The notes below the pieces were generated by a model, which ran no database searches, was not told the origin of the DNA, and saw nothing but the letters and a program-made list of their open reading frames with translations. A DNA stretch of 64,000 bases from a virus, in IMG/VR virus record IMGVR_UViG_3300009709_000021, positions 1 to 64,000 of that record. The stretch is one strand, 5' to 3'. The position numbers and the translations under genes were made by a program. Positions 33,320-43,047 of this stretch are shown here, one piece after another. The first letter of the stretch is position 1. Each line of letters starts with the position of its first letter.

Positions 33320-34066
33320 TTACGACTGGGATTTTTCTTTAGCTTTAAAAAGCTTAACCAAATGACGAAGTTCAGGATCGGTAGTATCTGGCATATCCGG
33401 CCAATATTTATTACTTTTTGACGAATTTTCAGAAGCAGTTAAAACCTGTAAATTAAATTCATTATGTAATCCACAAACATACTCGCTTACTAAAGGCACT
33501 ATATGATCTACGTGATGAAGAATATTAGTTTCTTGAGTTAATGTATCAGCTCTTTTGTAAAAAATAGAAATAGAGCTTCTGTTAGCCCAAATTACAGTTG
33601 CTTGAATTTTTACAGCCCTGTATTTAGCACCCTTTTCTCTGAATAAAGCTTTATTAGCTTCTCTATATTTTTTGTGAAACTCCGCAGCCTGTTCTTTATG
33701 TTGACGGTAGTAGTCTCTACATTCAGCAATTAATCTATCTCTGTTTTTTTCATGAAATTGCTTCTTTTTAGCCAGAACAAGTTCTCTATTTTTGCGTTGA
33801 TATTCTTTTGTAGTGTGAATTTCTTTTTCTCTATTCTCAGCATATTTTTCACGGCGTTTACGCTTAATCTCCTCCGCATTTTCTTGGTATCGTTGTTTAG
33901 TTCTTTCTTTGGCTTTAAGGTTATTACGGTCAAATTCTCGTTTGCATTGCACACATTGCCAATTATGCGTAGTACGTTCTGAAATATGACCGTATTTGCA
34001 CGGTTTACCTGTGAAATATTTCTTTAAACCTTGCTCGATTGCTTCTTGACGTGACACTATCTTCAT
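33320..34066 (-). CDS. HNH endonuclease (paralog of 36965..37702)
   Basis: YFTGKPCKYGH N-terminus; HVDHIVPL..VCGLH...NLQ....N..KSN. Confidence 0.85.
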   Translation of the reverse strand: MKIVSRQEAIEQGLKKYFTGKPCKYGHISERTTHNWQCVQCKREFDRNNLKAKERTKQRYQENAEEIKRKRREKYAENREKEIHTTKEYQRKNRELVLAKKKQFHEKNRDRLIAECRDYYRQHKEQAAEFHKKYREANKALFREKGAKYRAVKIQATVIWANRSSISIFYKRADTLTQETNILHHVDHIVPLVSEYVCGLHNEFNLQVLTASENSSKSNKYWPDMPDTTDPELRHLVKLFKAKEKSQS

Positions 34067-34108
34067 GCTAATCTTTGTGAATCTTGGTATAAGTAAATTG
34101 AAGATGAA

Positions 34109-34137
34109 ATTGTAATAAATTTCCCCTCTCTTGTCAA
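34109..34137 (-). promoter_or_regulatory. Sigma70-like promoter for HNH gene
   Basis: TTGACA-17-TACAAT on minus strand. Confidence 0.6.
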
Positions 34138-34186
34138 TTCAAGCAGAGGGAGATTCGGTTGGTACTAACTTTTTAGGAGTCTCAGC

Positions 34187-35491
34187 ATGTCGAACGTCGT
34201 GATCGTAGATCGCAGATTGGTAGGTCAGGACAAACATCTCTCTAACCGGGAGCGGTTTCTCCGCCGCCAGAAAGCTCAAGTGAAGAAAGCCATCGACGCT
34301 GCCGTCGCCCAAGGCAGTGTCAAAGGTAAGTACAACGACATCAACGTCGAAGTCCATGGTACCACCGAACCGTCCTTCATCAATTCCTCAGAAGGCGGTA
34401 CTGACCATTTCATTGCGCCAGGCAATCAATGGTTTGTGAAAGGCGACCGTTTCCGCCGTCCCGAAATGGATGATGGTTCTGGTGGCGATGGTGATGGCGT
34501 GGGGGAAGGTGCCGGTCAAGGCCAGGGTGGAGACGATTCCTTCAGCTTCGTTCTGAGTCGAAAGGAATTCCTGGAATACTTCTTCGAAGATCTGGGTCTG
34601 CCGGATATCGTGCGTAAAGCCAACGCCATCGTCGAAGTCGTCGCGTCGCGTCGTGCGGGATTCAAGCCGGAAGGGAACCCGGCCCAATTGGATCTCCGTC
34701 GTTCGGCGTATAAGGCTGCAGGTCGTCGTCTAGCACTCGGCCGTCCGAAGTCTGAAGAAATGGAAGAAATCGAACGCCAGCTTCAGGCCGCAAAGGACGA
34801 AGGGAATCAGGCAGAAATCGAGCGACTCGAAATTCTTCTGATCGGGATGAAACGCAAGCGTCAAGCGGTGGCGTACTTCGATCCCATCGATCTGCAGTAC
34901 CGTCAGTACATCGACGTAACTGTGCCGAAGGAACGTGTCGTCCTGTTCTGCATCATGGACGTTTCTGGCTCGATGGGCGAACGTGAGAAGGATATCGCCA
35001 AGCGCTACTTCATTCTGCTGCTTTTGCTTCTCGAACGTAATTACGGCGACGGGAAAGTCGAAGTCGTATTCATCCGGCATCATTCCACGGCGGAAGAATG
35101 TTCAGAAGAAGACTTCTTCTACAAACGGGAATCCGGCGGCACAGAGGTGTCTTCGGCGATGGAGTTGACATCCAAGATCATCAAGGATCGTTATCCATCG
35201 AACGAGTACAATATCTACGTCGCCCAGGCGTCAGATGGTGATAACTGGCTGGAAGACAACGTCAAGGTCCGGGACATCTTGGAAAAGGACATCCTGCCGG
35301 TAAGCCAGTACTATACGTACATCGACATTCCTCACGACCTCTCCATGTTCGGCAGCAGCACGTTGTGGCCGATGTTCAAAAACCTCGACGAGCAGAACGA
35401 AAACCTGGCAGCCCGTCAGATCGGAAGAGCCGATCAAATCTGGCATGTCTTTAAGAACCTCTTCAGCAAGGGTAAGGAGAAGAAACAATGA
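34187..35491 (+). CDS. yeaH: YeaH/YhbH (DUF444) vWA-domain protein
   Basis: NRERFLRR, FEDLGLP, FCIMDVSGSM, FIRHH, ESGGT, QASDGDNW. Confidence 0.95.
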   Translation: MSNVVIVDRRLVGQDKHLSNRERFLRRQKAQVKKAIDAAVAQGSVKGKYNDINVEVHGTTEPSFINSSEGGTDHFIAPGNQWFVKGDRFRRPEMDDGSGGDGDGVGEGAGQGQGGDDSFSFVLSRKEFLEYFFEDLGLPDIVRKANAIVEVVASRRAGFKPEGNPAQLDLRRSAYKAAGRRLALGRPKSEEMEEIERQLQAAKDEGNQAEIERLEILLIGMKRKRQAVAYFDPIDLQYRQYIDVTVPKERVVLFCIMDVSGSMGEREKDIAKRYFILLLLLLERNYGDGKVEVVFIRHHSTAEECSEEDFFYKRESGGTEVSSAMELTSKIIKDRYPSNEYNIYVAQASDGDNWLEDNVKVRDILEKDILPVSQYYTYIDIPHDLSMFGSSTLWPMFKNLDEQNENLAARQIGRADQIWHVFKNLFSKGKEKKQ

Positions 35492-37044
35492 GCACCTCCA
35501 TTTTCAACAATCGTAGCTGGACTCTGGACGACATTCAGCGCGCATTCGACGAGTGCTACAAGGTTGGCGTGACCGACCCTGACGGTCTGAAGCTGGATGT
35601 CTACGACAACCAGTTGGAGGTTATCTCCAGTGATCAAATGCTGGATGCGTACTCGACGGTAGCATTGCCGATCATGTACAACCACTGGTCGTTTGGCAAG
35701 AAGCATCTCCGGGAAGCGAAATCGTACCAGGATGGCAAGAGCGGCCTGGCCTACGAAATCGTGATCAACTCCGATCCCTGCATTGCTTATCTGATGCAGG
35801 ACAATAGCATTATCACTCAGCTTTTGGTGATCATGCATGCCAGCTTCGGCCACAACTTCGTGTTCAAGAACAATTACATGTTCAAGGACTGGACGGATGC
35901 CAAGGGTATCATTCCCTATCTCGTCTACGCGAAGGAATACGTCGCCCGTATGGAAGTTAAGTACGGCCTGGAACGAGTTGAAAAGCTGCTCGATAACTGT
36001 CACGCTTTGCAGTATCACAGCGTTGATCGTTACAAGCGCCCGGAAGCGCTCACTGCCAACGAGTCTGAGCAAGCGAAGAAGGATCGTGAGGAGCTCTACC
36101 GAAAGGCCTACGATCCCAATTGGCGTTCTTTGCCACAAGCGTCGTATGAGCGCTTGATGGCCGAGGGGGAAAGGGCAGAAGAAGAGCGGTTCCCGGCGGA
36201 AAAAGAGGAGAATATCCTCCATTTCATTGAGAAGTACTCACCGATTTTGGAGCCGTGGGAGCGGGAGATTGTTCGTATCGTGCGGAAGATTTCACAGTAT
36301 TTCTATCCGCAGATGCAAACCCAGGTAGTGAACGAAGGTGCAGCATCATTCGTTCACTACTGGGGTGTGAACAAGATGTTCGAGAAGGGTTTGTTGAGCG
36401 GCGGGGACATGCTGGAGTTCCTTAAGCTTCACACGGGAGTTCTGTACCAGGGGATGACCCAGGCACGGTTCGTGAATGGTCCGGGACAAGAGAAATATAT
36501 CTCGGATCTTTATTTACCGGACATGAATCCGTATGCATTTGGCTTCTCGATTCTCCAGGATCTGAAGCGTATCTGCGAAAATCCGACGCCGGAAGACAAG
36601 CGTTGGTTCCCCGACTATGCTGGTCAACCGTGGTTGCCGGTTATCAAGCATGCGATCTGTGACTACCGTGACGAGTCTTTCGTCGGTCAATTCCTCAGTC
36701 CCAAGCTGATGCGGGAATGGCGTCTGTTCGATATCAAGTCGGATAGCCGGGATCCCTATGTTGAAATCGCAGCAGTAAGCGATGATGACGGGTTCCACCA
36801 TATCCGTAAGGAATTGGCAAACAACTACGCGCTGTCGACACGTCTGCCGGATATCTATGTTGTAAAGGCAGACATCAAACGCAGTCGAAACCTGTTCTTG
36901 GAACATACGTCCATGGACGGAAGATCGCTGCACAAGCCGATGGCGTTGATGTCGTTGAAAGCTATCAAAGAACTTTGGGGCTTTTCGGTTGCCCTGACGT
37001 CTGTAACGGTAGATGGTCGAGAGATTGACCGATTGGCGTTGTAA
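35488..37044 (+). CDS. ycgB: SpoVR/YcgB family protein
   Basis: YNHWSFGK, GLAYEIVINSDPCIAYL, HASFGHN, YFYPQ.QT...NEG.A. Confidence 0.95.
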   Translation: MSTSIFNNRSWTLDDIQRAFDECYKVGVTDPDGLKLDVYDNQLEVISSDQMLDAYSTVALPIMYNHWSFGKKHLREAKSYQDGKSGLAYEIVINSDPCIAYLMQDNSIITQLLVIMHASFGHNFVFKNNYMFKDWTDAKGIIPYLVYAKEYVARMEVKYGLERVEKLLDNCHALQYHSVDRYKRPEALTANESEQAKKDREELYRKAYDPNWRSLPQASYERLMAEGERAEEERFPAEKEENILHFIEKYSPILEPWEREIVRIVRKISQYFYPQMQTQVVNEGAASFVHYWGVNKMFEKGLLSGGDMLEFLKLHTGVLYQGMTQARFVNGPGQEKYISDLYLPDMNPYAFGFSILQDLKRICENPTPEDKRWFPDYAGQPWLPVIKHAICDYRDESFVGQFLSPKLMREWRLFDIKSDSRDPYVEIAAVSDDDGFHHIRKELANNYALSTRLPDIYVVKADIKRSRNLFLEHTSMDGRSLHKPMALMSLKAIKELWGFSVALTSVTVDGREIDRLAL

Positions 37045-37702
37045 GTAGTGTTGAGGCCCCGGAGTTTGGGGCCTTTTCTTTATTTTTGGTTTCAGATTTA
37101 AATGCTTTGACAAGAGCCTTTAACTCTGGGTCTGAAGTATCTGGCATATCTGGCCAATACCTGTTGCTTTTACGTATATTGTCTAGTGCGGATATAATTT
37201 GTAAATTTACAGACCAATGTAATCCACATACAAAGTCTGATTGGATTGGGACTATATGATCGGAATTGTATTTAGTATTGGTTGATAGAGTCAAATAGTG
37301 ACATTCTTCGCTTATTTTCACTACGTTTTCATGGTCGTACCAGCCCGGGACCGCTTGTTTCTTAGCCAACTTACGTTTCATTGTTAATGCGTTAGCAGCT
37401 CCGGGATTCAAACGTCTCCATTCTTTTCCTTTTTCTAGAATCTCTTCTTTCTTTCGTTCGTATAAAGATTTGTTGTATATTTGTTTGGAAATCCGAACTT
37501 TTTCCGCGTTTCTTTCTTCATATTTTTTCTTGCAGGCACGTCGTGCGTCCTTGCCACTAACGTTGTGAGAAATCATACATTGAACACAGATCAGATTACT
37601 TGAATACCTTTGTGATAAATGTCCGTGCTTACAGGCTTTACCGGTGTAATATGTTTTCAGCCCTAGTTCCAAAGCTTCTTTTCTAGATATAATAGAGTCC
37701 AT
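36965..37702 (-). CDS. HNH endonuclease
   Basis: YYTGKACKHGH; DHIVPI..VCGLH...NLQ....N.RKSN; WPDMPDT.DPEL shared with 33320..34066. Confidence 0.85.
   Translation of the reverse strand: MDSIISRKEALELGLKTYYTGKACKHGHLSQRYSSNLICVQCMISHNVSGKDARRACKKKYEERNAEKVRISKQIYNKSLYERKKEEILEKGKEWRRLNPGAANALTMKRKLAKKQAVPGWYDHENVVKISEECHYLTLSTNTKYNSDHIVPIQSDFVCGLHWSVNLQIISALDNIRKSNRYWPDMPDTSDPELKALVKAFKSETKNKEKAPNSGASTLLTTPIGQSLDHLPLQTSGQPKSPKVL
37054..37082 (+). terminator. Intrinsic terminator after spoVR
   Basis: AGGCCCC/GGGGCCT stem plus T-run. Confidence 0.75.
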
Positions 37703-37752
37703 GAAAAGTTGTTAATTTGTCAAAACCTCAATTTTAACATAGGTGAAATGCA

Positions 37753-38655
37753 ATGTCAAAATCCCAGCAACCCGTCAGCGCCAGCCAAAATTTTGTAACA
37801 GGAAGTCCTATGAAAAAAGAAACTGAAATCACTTCAATTCGCAACACCAAAATTTATGAAGATAGCGGTGCTTTTTTCTTCGTGGATAACGTTGAAGAAA
37901 AACTACCCCCCGGTACATATAGCATTCAACGTCGTAACGGGACTGTCTGCTTTGTTCCTGAAAATGTACAGACCGATGAAATCATCGTTCTCGAACATAG
38001 TTTGCAAAGTACCATCCTTGCCGATATCAAGAAATTTTGGACTAAGGGCGAAATTTACAAGAAGTTCGATATTCTACATAAGCGTGGGTATCTGGTTCAT
38101 GGTCCTCAGGGCTCTGGTAAGACCGGAGTTATTTACCAACTCTGCGATGCAATCAAGGAAGTTGGTGGATTCTCTGTCATGGTAGACACCCCGGACGTGG
38201 ATGGACCTGCCATTCGCCGCCTTCGTGAAGTCGAACCTGATCGTCCAATTCTGGGCATTATCGAAGAAATCGATATGCAGATCAATGAATACGACGAAGC
38301 GGAATGGGCGAGTTTGTTGGACGGTGAGTACAGCGTTAACAACATCATTTGGGTAGCAACAACGAATAACATTGAAAAGCTTCATCCTCGGTTCCGTAAC
38401 CGGCCAAGTCGCTTTGACATGGTTGTTGAAGTCGGTATGCCTACCAAAAATGACCGGGCCCGTTACGTTGCCCATAAATTCAGCAGTGTTTCTGCCGAAC
38501 TTTTGAATAAAATTGCCGTTGATACCGAAGGGTTTAGTCTGGCCCATCTCAAGGAGCTTCTGGTGGCAACAGAATGTCTGGAAGTTCCCTATGCCGATGC
38601 TCTGACTCGCCTAAAGCTCATGATTGAAACTGAGACTAAAGAAGCAAATCATTGA
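37753..38655 (+). CDS. AAA+ ATPase
   Basis: KRGYLVHGPQGSGKT, IIEEID, ATTN, RPSRFD. Confidence 0.9.
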   Translation: MSKSQQPVSASQNFVTGSPMKKETEITSIRNTKIYEDSGAFFFVDNVEEKLPPGTYSIQRRNGTVCFVPENVQTDEIIVLEHSLQSTILADIKKFWTKGEIYKKFDILHKRGYLVHGPQGSGKTGVIYQLCDAIKEVGGFSVMVDTPDVDGPAIRRLREVEPDRPILGIIEEIDMQINEYDEAEWASLLDGEYSVNNIIWVATTNNIEKLHPRFRNRPSRFDMVVEVGMPTKNDRARYVAHKFSSVSAELLNKIAVDTEGFSLAHLKELLVATECLEVPYADALTRLKLMIETETKEANH

Positions 38656-38947
38656 CGATAAGGCGCTGTCTGTGGTAAAGTCTAGTTTTACTAAGGCAGT
38701 GCCGTATGTCTTTAACAAAACCCTTCGGTGACTTAGAAGTTTGTAGGCATGGGAAGAGTCTGAATAGTCTTGCCACTGGCGTGGATTCATGTAAAGCTTG
38801 TGAAGCTGAAGCCAGTGAAAAGATCCAGACTCTTTTATTACATCAGCATTTCATCAATGCTTTTTTTCATTTAATCAATTTTGAATTCTCCTTAGCTTTT
38901 GGAGGAATCATAGTTGGAATTGGTATGTCAATCTTAAAGGTAATAAG

Positions 38948-39628
38948 ATGTCTGAAATAAATACACAATACGGGGCCAATCTGCTTCATCTACCTATTCC
39001 CGATAAAGAAAAAGTAATTAACCTTCTTCAAGGTTATAAAGAACTTGGGATAAATCCCACTATTCTTGTGGATCTGGATGGGGTAGTTTTTGATTGGTCG
39101 AACTTTGTTCGTAGTGAACTGCATGAAATTCTTCCTCCAGAACAACACAAAACTCATGAAGAAATTCATAGTTTTTATCTGGAAGATGTTTATCCAGGTG
39201 AGGAAGCGGCAAGGCACCTTAAGAAGATCACTTCGTCCAAGGGGTTATACAGTAGCCTCAATCCTATTGAAGGTTCTGTTGAAGCAGTTAAAAAGCTAGG
39301 TGAACTCGGGTATGAAGTATTCTTCTGTACTGCCCCGGAAACAGAATATCAGGATCAGATGTGTTGGTCAGAGAAGGCTCAGGCAATCGAAAGTCACTTC
39401 GGCGAAGCGTGGGTTCGTAAACTGATTATAACTAAGGATAAAACTTTGATTAAGGGAGATGTATTGGTTGATGATAAACCATCCCGACAAATCAAAGGTC
39501 TCTATATGCCGGAATGGATACAGTTATTGTTTGATCAACCTTACAACAAGGATCCCCGCCAAGTTCACGATACAACGTGGCGTGGTCGTTGGAAAGATCT
39601 TTTTGATGTACTTGGAGAAACACTTTGA
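38948..39628 (+). CDS. HAD-family 5'(3')-deoxyribonucleotidase
   Basis: ILVDLDGV, CWSEK, DKTLIKGDVLVDDKP, FDQPYN. Confidence 0.92.
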   Translation: MSEINTQYGANLLHLPIPDKEKVINLLQGYKELGINPTILVDLDGVVFDWSNFVRSELHEILPPEQHKTHEEIHSFYLEDVYPGEEAARHLKKITSSKGLYSSLNPIEGSVEAVKKLGELGYEVFFCTAPETEYQDQMCWSEKAQAIESHFGEAWVRKLIITKDKTLIKGDVLVDDKPSRQIKGLYMPEWIQLLFDQPYNKDPRQVHDTTWRGRWKDLFDVLGETL

Positions 39629-40065
39629 GCGAATTGTACGACCTGATTGCTAAAGACCGACTCATTGCTCGGAAGCATAAGAACGCTGATAAGGCCAGCT
39701 TACTTACTGTTCTTGTTGGTGACATTGATAAGAAGGCTAAAGACGATGGTGATCGTAAGCCTACAGATGAAGATTGTTTGGCTTCAATTAAAAAACTCCT
39801 TAAAGCTGTTGAGGAGAATTTGAAATACAAGCCGGGTGAATCCGAATTTCTTATCGAAAAAAACATTCTCGAATACTATTTGCCATCGCAACTTAATGAA
39901 GTTCAACTCCTAGAACTTTTTGAGGAAGCGAAGCCACTTAACATTGGCTCGGCAATGTCGTATCTCAAGATGAATTTTCCAGGTCAGTACGATTCCAAGT
40001 TAGCATCAAAAGTAGCCAAAGAATACTTGGAGATTGAAAATGGTAAGCAAGTCAGTACAACTTGA
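39625..40065 (+). CDS. YqeY/GatB-domain tRNA-binding protein
   Basis: L..D...ARK ... E..ILE.YLPSQL ... IG..M..LK....G..D. Confidence 0.8.
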   Translation: MSELYDLIAKDRLIARKHKNADKASLLTVLVGDIDKKAKDDGDRKPTDEDCLASIKKLLKAVEENLKYKPGESEFLIEKNILEYYLPSQLNEVQLLELFEEAKPLNIGSAMSYLKMNFPGQYDSKLASKVAKEYLEIENGKQVSTT

Positions 40066-40402
40066 AACTGATTTATATAGGGCTATTGACGGGTTTGTCA
40101 TTGCCCGCATTGAAGATATGCTAGGCACAGATGATCCAGGAATTTCTTTGTCGGCAGCAAAAGAAGCATTAATGAAACAACTACGCATTCTGTGCAATGA
40201 AGCATGTAGTTATAAGCCAGAGCCCGTACTTGGGCCCATTTATCCCATTCATGGTGGTAATAGGGATGATGGGTTTTTCGGGTCTCCAGGGATCACTCAA
40301 CCTATTGGCCCTATCGTTGCACAATCAGCACTTGTAACAATCGAAGATAATTTTCACATGAAAGATCTGTTCGCCAAAGATCTTGGAATTGCAGATTTTT
40401 GA
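40040..40402 (+). CDS. Hypothetical protein
   Basis: GGAG RBS, overlaps yqeY-like gene end. Confidence 0.5.
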   Translation: MVSKSVQLETDLYRAIDGFVIARIEDMLGTDDPGISLSAAKEALMKQLRILCNEACSYKPEPVLGPIYPIHGGNRDDGFFGSPGITQPIGPIVAQSALVTIEDNFHMKDLFAKDLGIADF

Positions 40403-40515
40403 TTAGATATTTTGTTCAAACTGTGGTATTAGTAATTTGTGGGAAGATAATTAGCCTGAAATTATCTTCCTATTTTTTCCATTAACTCAGGTCTTGTAAT
40501 AAAAGAGACGTAACT

Positions 40516-40773
40516 ATGACAACCATCTCCGCAACTCGTGTTAGCGGCACTGTTCTTCGCAATGCGGCTCGTATGCGTTGGACTTCCGGTTTGACTCGGA
40601 AACAATATACCGAAGCTACCGGCATTTCGCCCAGCACTCAACAACGGATTGAGCAGCACTATCTGGGTGGCAGCACCTACAATCCTACGCTTCAAACGCT
40701 GATTAAGCTGGCTTCAGCTTATGGTGTAACCCTCGACGAATTCACTCGTACTACGCTTATTCGTCCGAACTAA
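40516..40773 (+). CDS. XRE-family HTH regulator
   Basis: LRNAAR...GLT...TGIS.ST..RIE ... NPTLQTLIKLA. Confidence 0.8.
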   Translation: MTTISATRVSGTVLRNAARMRWTSGLTRKQYTEATGISPSTQQRIEQHYLGGSTYNPTLQTLIKLASAYGVTLDEFTRTTLIRPN

Positions 40774-40782
40774 GGAAATACC

Positions 40783-41082
40783 ATGACTGTCCGAGCAAAA
40801 TTTACAGTTCAAAGCGTTACTCGGCAGCAAGGTAGCCGATACGTTCCTTCAAAAAATCCAGGGCATCATGGGACTTATGAGCCCTGTGAATTACTAACTA
40901 TCAAGCTGAATCCGGTTTATGACCCTGAGCCTGGTAGTGAAAATCACGAGTTCTGGTCGGCCACTCCGAGTGGTAACATTGAACTCGGCGTTGTCAAAGG
41001 CGAAACAGGTCGTTACTTTGAACTGGGTGCAGAATACTATATCGATTTCACTCGGGTTGGCGAAGAAGCTCCAGAGGGTTAA
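40783..41082 (+). CDS. Conserved hypothetical phage protein
   Basis: VRAKF..., EN..FW.ATPSG.I.L, F..G.EYYIDF. Confidence 0.7.
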   Translation: MTVRAKFTVQSVTRQQGSRYVPSKNPGHHGTYEPCELLTIKLNPVYDPEPGSENHEFWSATPSGNIELGVVKGETGRYFELGAEYYIDFTRVGEEAPEG

Positions 41083-41180
41083 ACAATTCGTTTAAACCTT
41101 GGTATTAGAAATATGGGAAGAAAGCTTAGGCTTATTCCTATTGTTACGAATCACTTCTTTTTCGTAAACCGGGGGTCGAG

Positions 41181-41372
41181 ATGAGTCGCATCCAGAAAGT
41201 AACTGTGTATCACGAAGGCGTAGCTATTTGCGAAGATGAGTTCGGAAAGTTTCTTATCGAACATGCTAATGCAAAACTGACGCCTTTGCCGGAACCGAGA
41301 ACATGCTATCTCACAGAACCGAAAGTGCTAACGCAACCTAGGAAATTTGAGGTAGAACTTGAAGTAGCGTAA
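41181..41372 (+). CDS. Hypothetical protein
   Basis: After promoter motif. Confidence 0.5.
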   Translation: MSRIQKVTVYHEGVAICEDEFGKFLIEHANAKLTPLPEPRTCYLTEPKVLTQPRKFEVELEVA

Positions 41373-41404
41373 CTGATGTATTCCGGCGGCTGGTTTAGCG
41401 CCGG

Positions 41405-41943
41405 GCCCAATAAGTCTATCATAGCCTGATGTAACGGCCGACTGAGAAGCTACTTCTCGGAGAACTTGGCCCTCTTAGAATTCGGAAGAATTCACGAGGG
41501 GGAGTCCGACCAGTTATTGGGTTTTAAGAATTTGGGCGTAAGCCCTACCGCTTTAGTACTTTGCTTTACCTAACATAAGCAGTTAGGAGGATGCAGCTAG
41601 GAAGTAACTTCCTGGATATCTGCTTCCTGTCCTGTGGACAGGAGTACGACGGCCGCCGGCGAGCACTGGGTGAGCACATCTCCTCTAGAAGACGTCTGCA
41701 GGCGAGATCGGCGCATGAGTAAAGCGGTTTCATTTTCATAATTTGTTTTTATTTTCACGACAAGTATTTCGCTGTGTAATATGTTTGCGGTATTATCGTA
41801 TTACCGAGAATGCGGCTGGTAAGTACCTTGCCGGCGGGCGCTTTCTCCTTCTGCGAAGGAGAGGGCCGGGCCCATAATTATTAAAGTTATTAGTAGATGT
41901 AGATCTGGTCTCCAGGAAGAGCTGTATTTCCACGAGTTGTCGT
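41405..41943 (+). ncRNA. Cluster of three closed multi-stem RNA domains
   Basis: Closing helices CCCAATAA/TTATTGGG (41406-41521), ACCGCTTTA/TAAAGCGGT (41547-41728), ACGACAA/TTGTCGT (41757-41943); no ORF of 60 aa or more. Confidence 0.6.
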
Positions 41944-42019
41944 AGCATTTGCATTTCCCCATTGGACGTTCCACGTCCCTTTGCCGTTACTCGTTAGCGG
42001 CTTTTTTTAGTTGAATATT

Positions 42020-43021
42020 ATGTCTATTTTTGTACTTTATCACGCTAACTGTTTCGATGGCTTCGGGGCTAAATACGCCGCCTGGAGAAAATTTGGAAAC
42101 AACGCTGAATACATTGCCGTAAATTACGGGCAGCCTCTCCCGAACATAAGCGGTATCACAACTTTAAGCAAGGTTGCGGTGGGAGAGCGGTATCAATTTG
42201 AAGCTCTGTCCCTTGTTAAAACGGAAGACTCTGAAACTACCCCTATTAATACTGGATTTGTAGAGATACCAAGATCTCCAAATTCAATAGTAACTACGGA
42301 AGTTGATGTGTATATACTAGACTTTTCGTATCCACGGGATGTTTTAGAAGAATTACGTAAACGGGTCCGTACTTTAGTGGTACTAGACCACCACAAAACT
42401 GCTCAAGAAGATCTCAAAGGTCTGGACTACGCCACATTTAACATGAACAAATCTGGTGCTGTCTTGGCTTGGGAATACTTTCATCCAGATAAAGATGTTC
42501 CTTCAATCCTTTTGGATATTCAGGACGGCGATCTCTGGAAGTTTGAAAGACCTAACACAGAGAAAATTAGAGCAGCGTTGCCATTGATTAAATTCGATCT
42601 CTTATCTCTGCATTCTTGTGCTATGTATGAAGACGACTACGAATGGCTCTTAGGTCAAGGAGAGTCTATTCTAACTTCTGAAAACGTTGAAATTAGTCAC
42701 CGAGTACCTAAACATGTTCACAAAACTACTTTGTACGGCTACTCTTGTGGCTGTATTAATTGCACCACGCTCATCTCAAAAACTGGCTCGGCTATTGTCA
42801 ATGATGAAACCCTTAGAGTCGACGTTGCTTTAATGTATCAAATCATTGAAGATGGTAAAGTACTCCTTAGTTTTCGGGCTGCCAAAGACAATGACGTAGA
42901 CGTTTCCGTTCTTGCCAAGGAATTCGGTGGTGGAGGTCACGCCAAAGCAGCGGGCGGAAGATGCTACCTTAAAACTCTACAAAATATTCTTGACGGTATA
43001 CTTGACGGCAAATGCGCTTAA
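42020..43021 (+). CDS. DHH/DHHA1 phosphoesterase
   Basis: YHANCFDG, ILDFS, LDHHKT, SGA, DLWKF, S.R, GGGGH..AAG. Confidence 0.9.
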   Translation: MSIFVLYHANCFDGFGAKYAAWRKFGNNAEYIAVNYGQPLPNISGITTLSKVAVGERYQFEALSLVKTEDSETTPINTGFVEIPRSPNSIVTTEVDVYILDFSYPRDVLEELRKRVRTLVVLDHHKTAQEDLKGLDYATFNMNKSGAVLAWEYFHPDKDVPSILLDIQDGDLWKFERPNTEKIRAALPLIKFDLLSLHSCAMYEDDYEWLLGQGESILTSENVEISHRVPKHVHKTTLYGYSCGCINCTTLISKTGSAIVNDETLRVDVALMYQIIEDGKVLLSFRAAKDNDVDVSVLAKEFGGGGHAKAAGGRCYLKTLQNILDGILDGKCA

Positions 43022-43047
43022 GTATAAAATGAAATATTCCAATTACT

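Noticed and set aside
41425-41470. Hammerhead ribozyme (CTGATG)
   Set aside because: Core reads CTGATGT, not CTGANGA, and there is no properly placed GAAA
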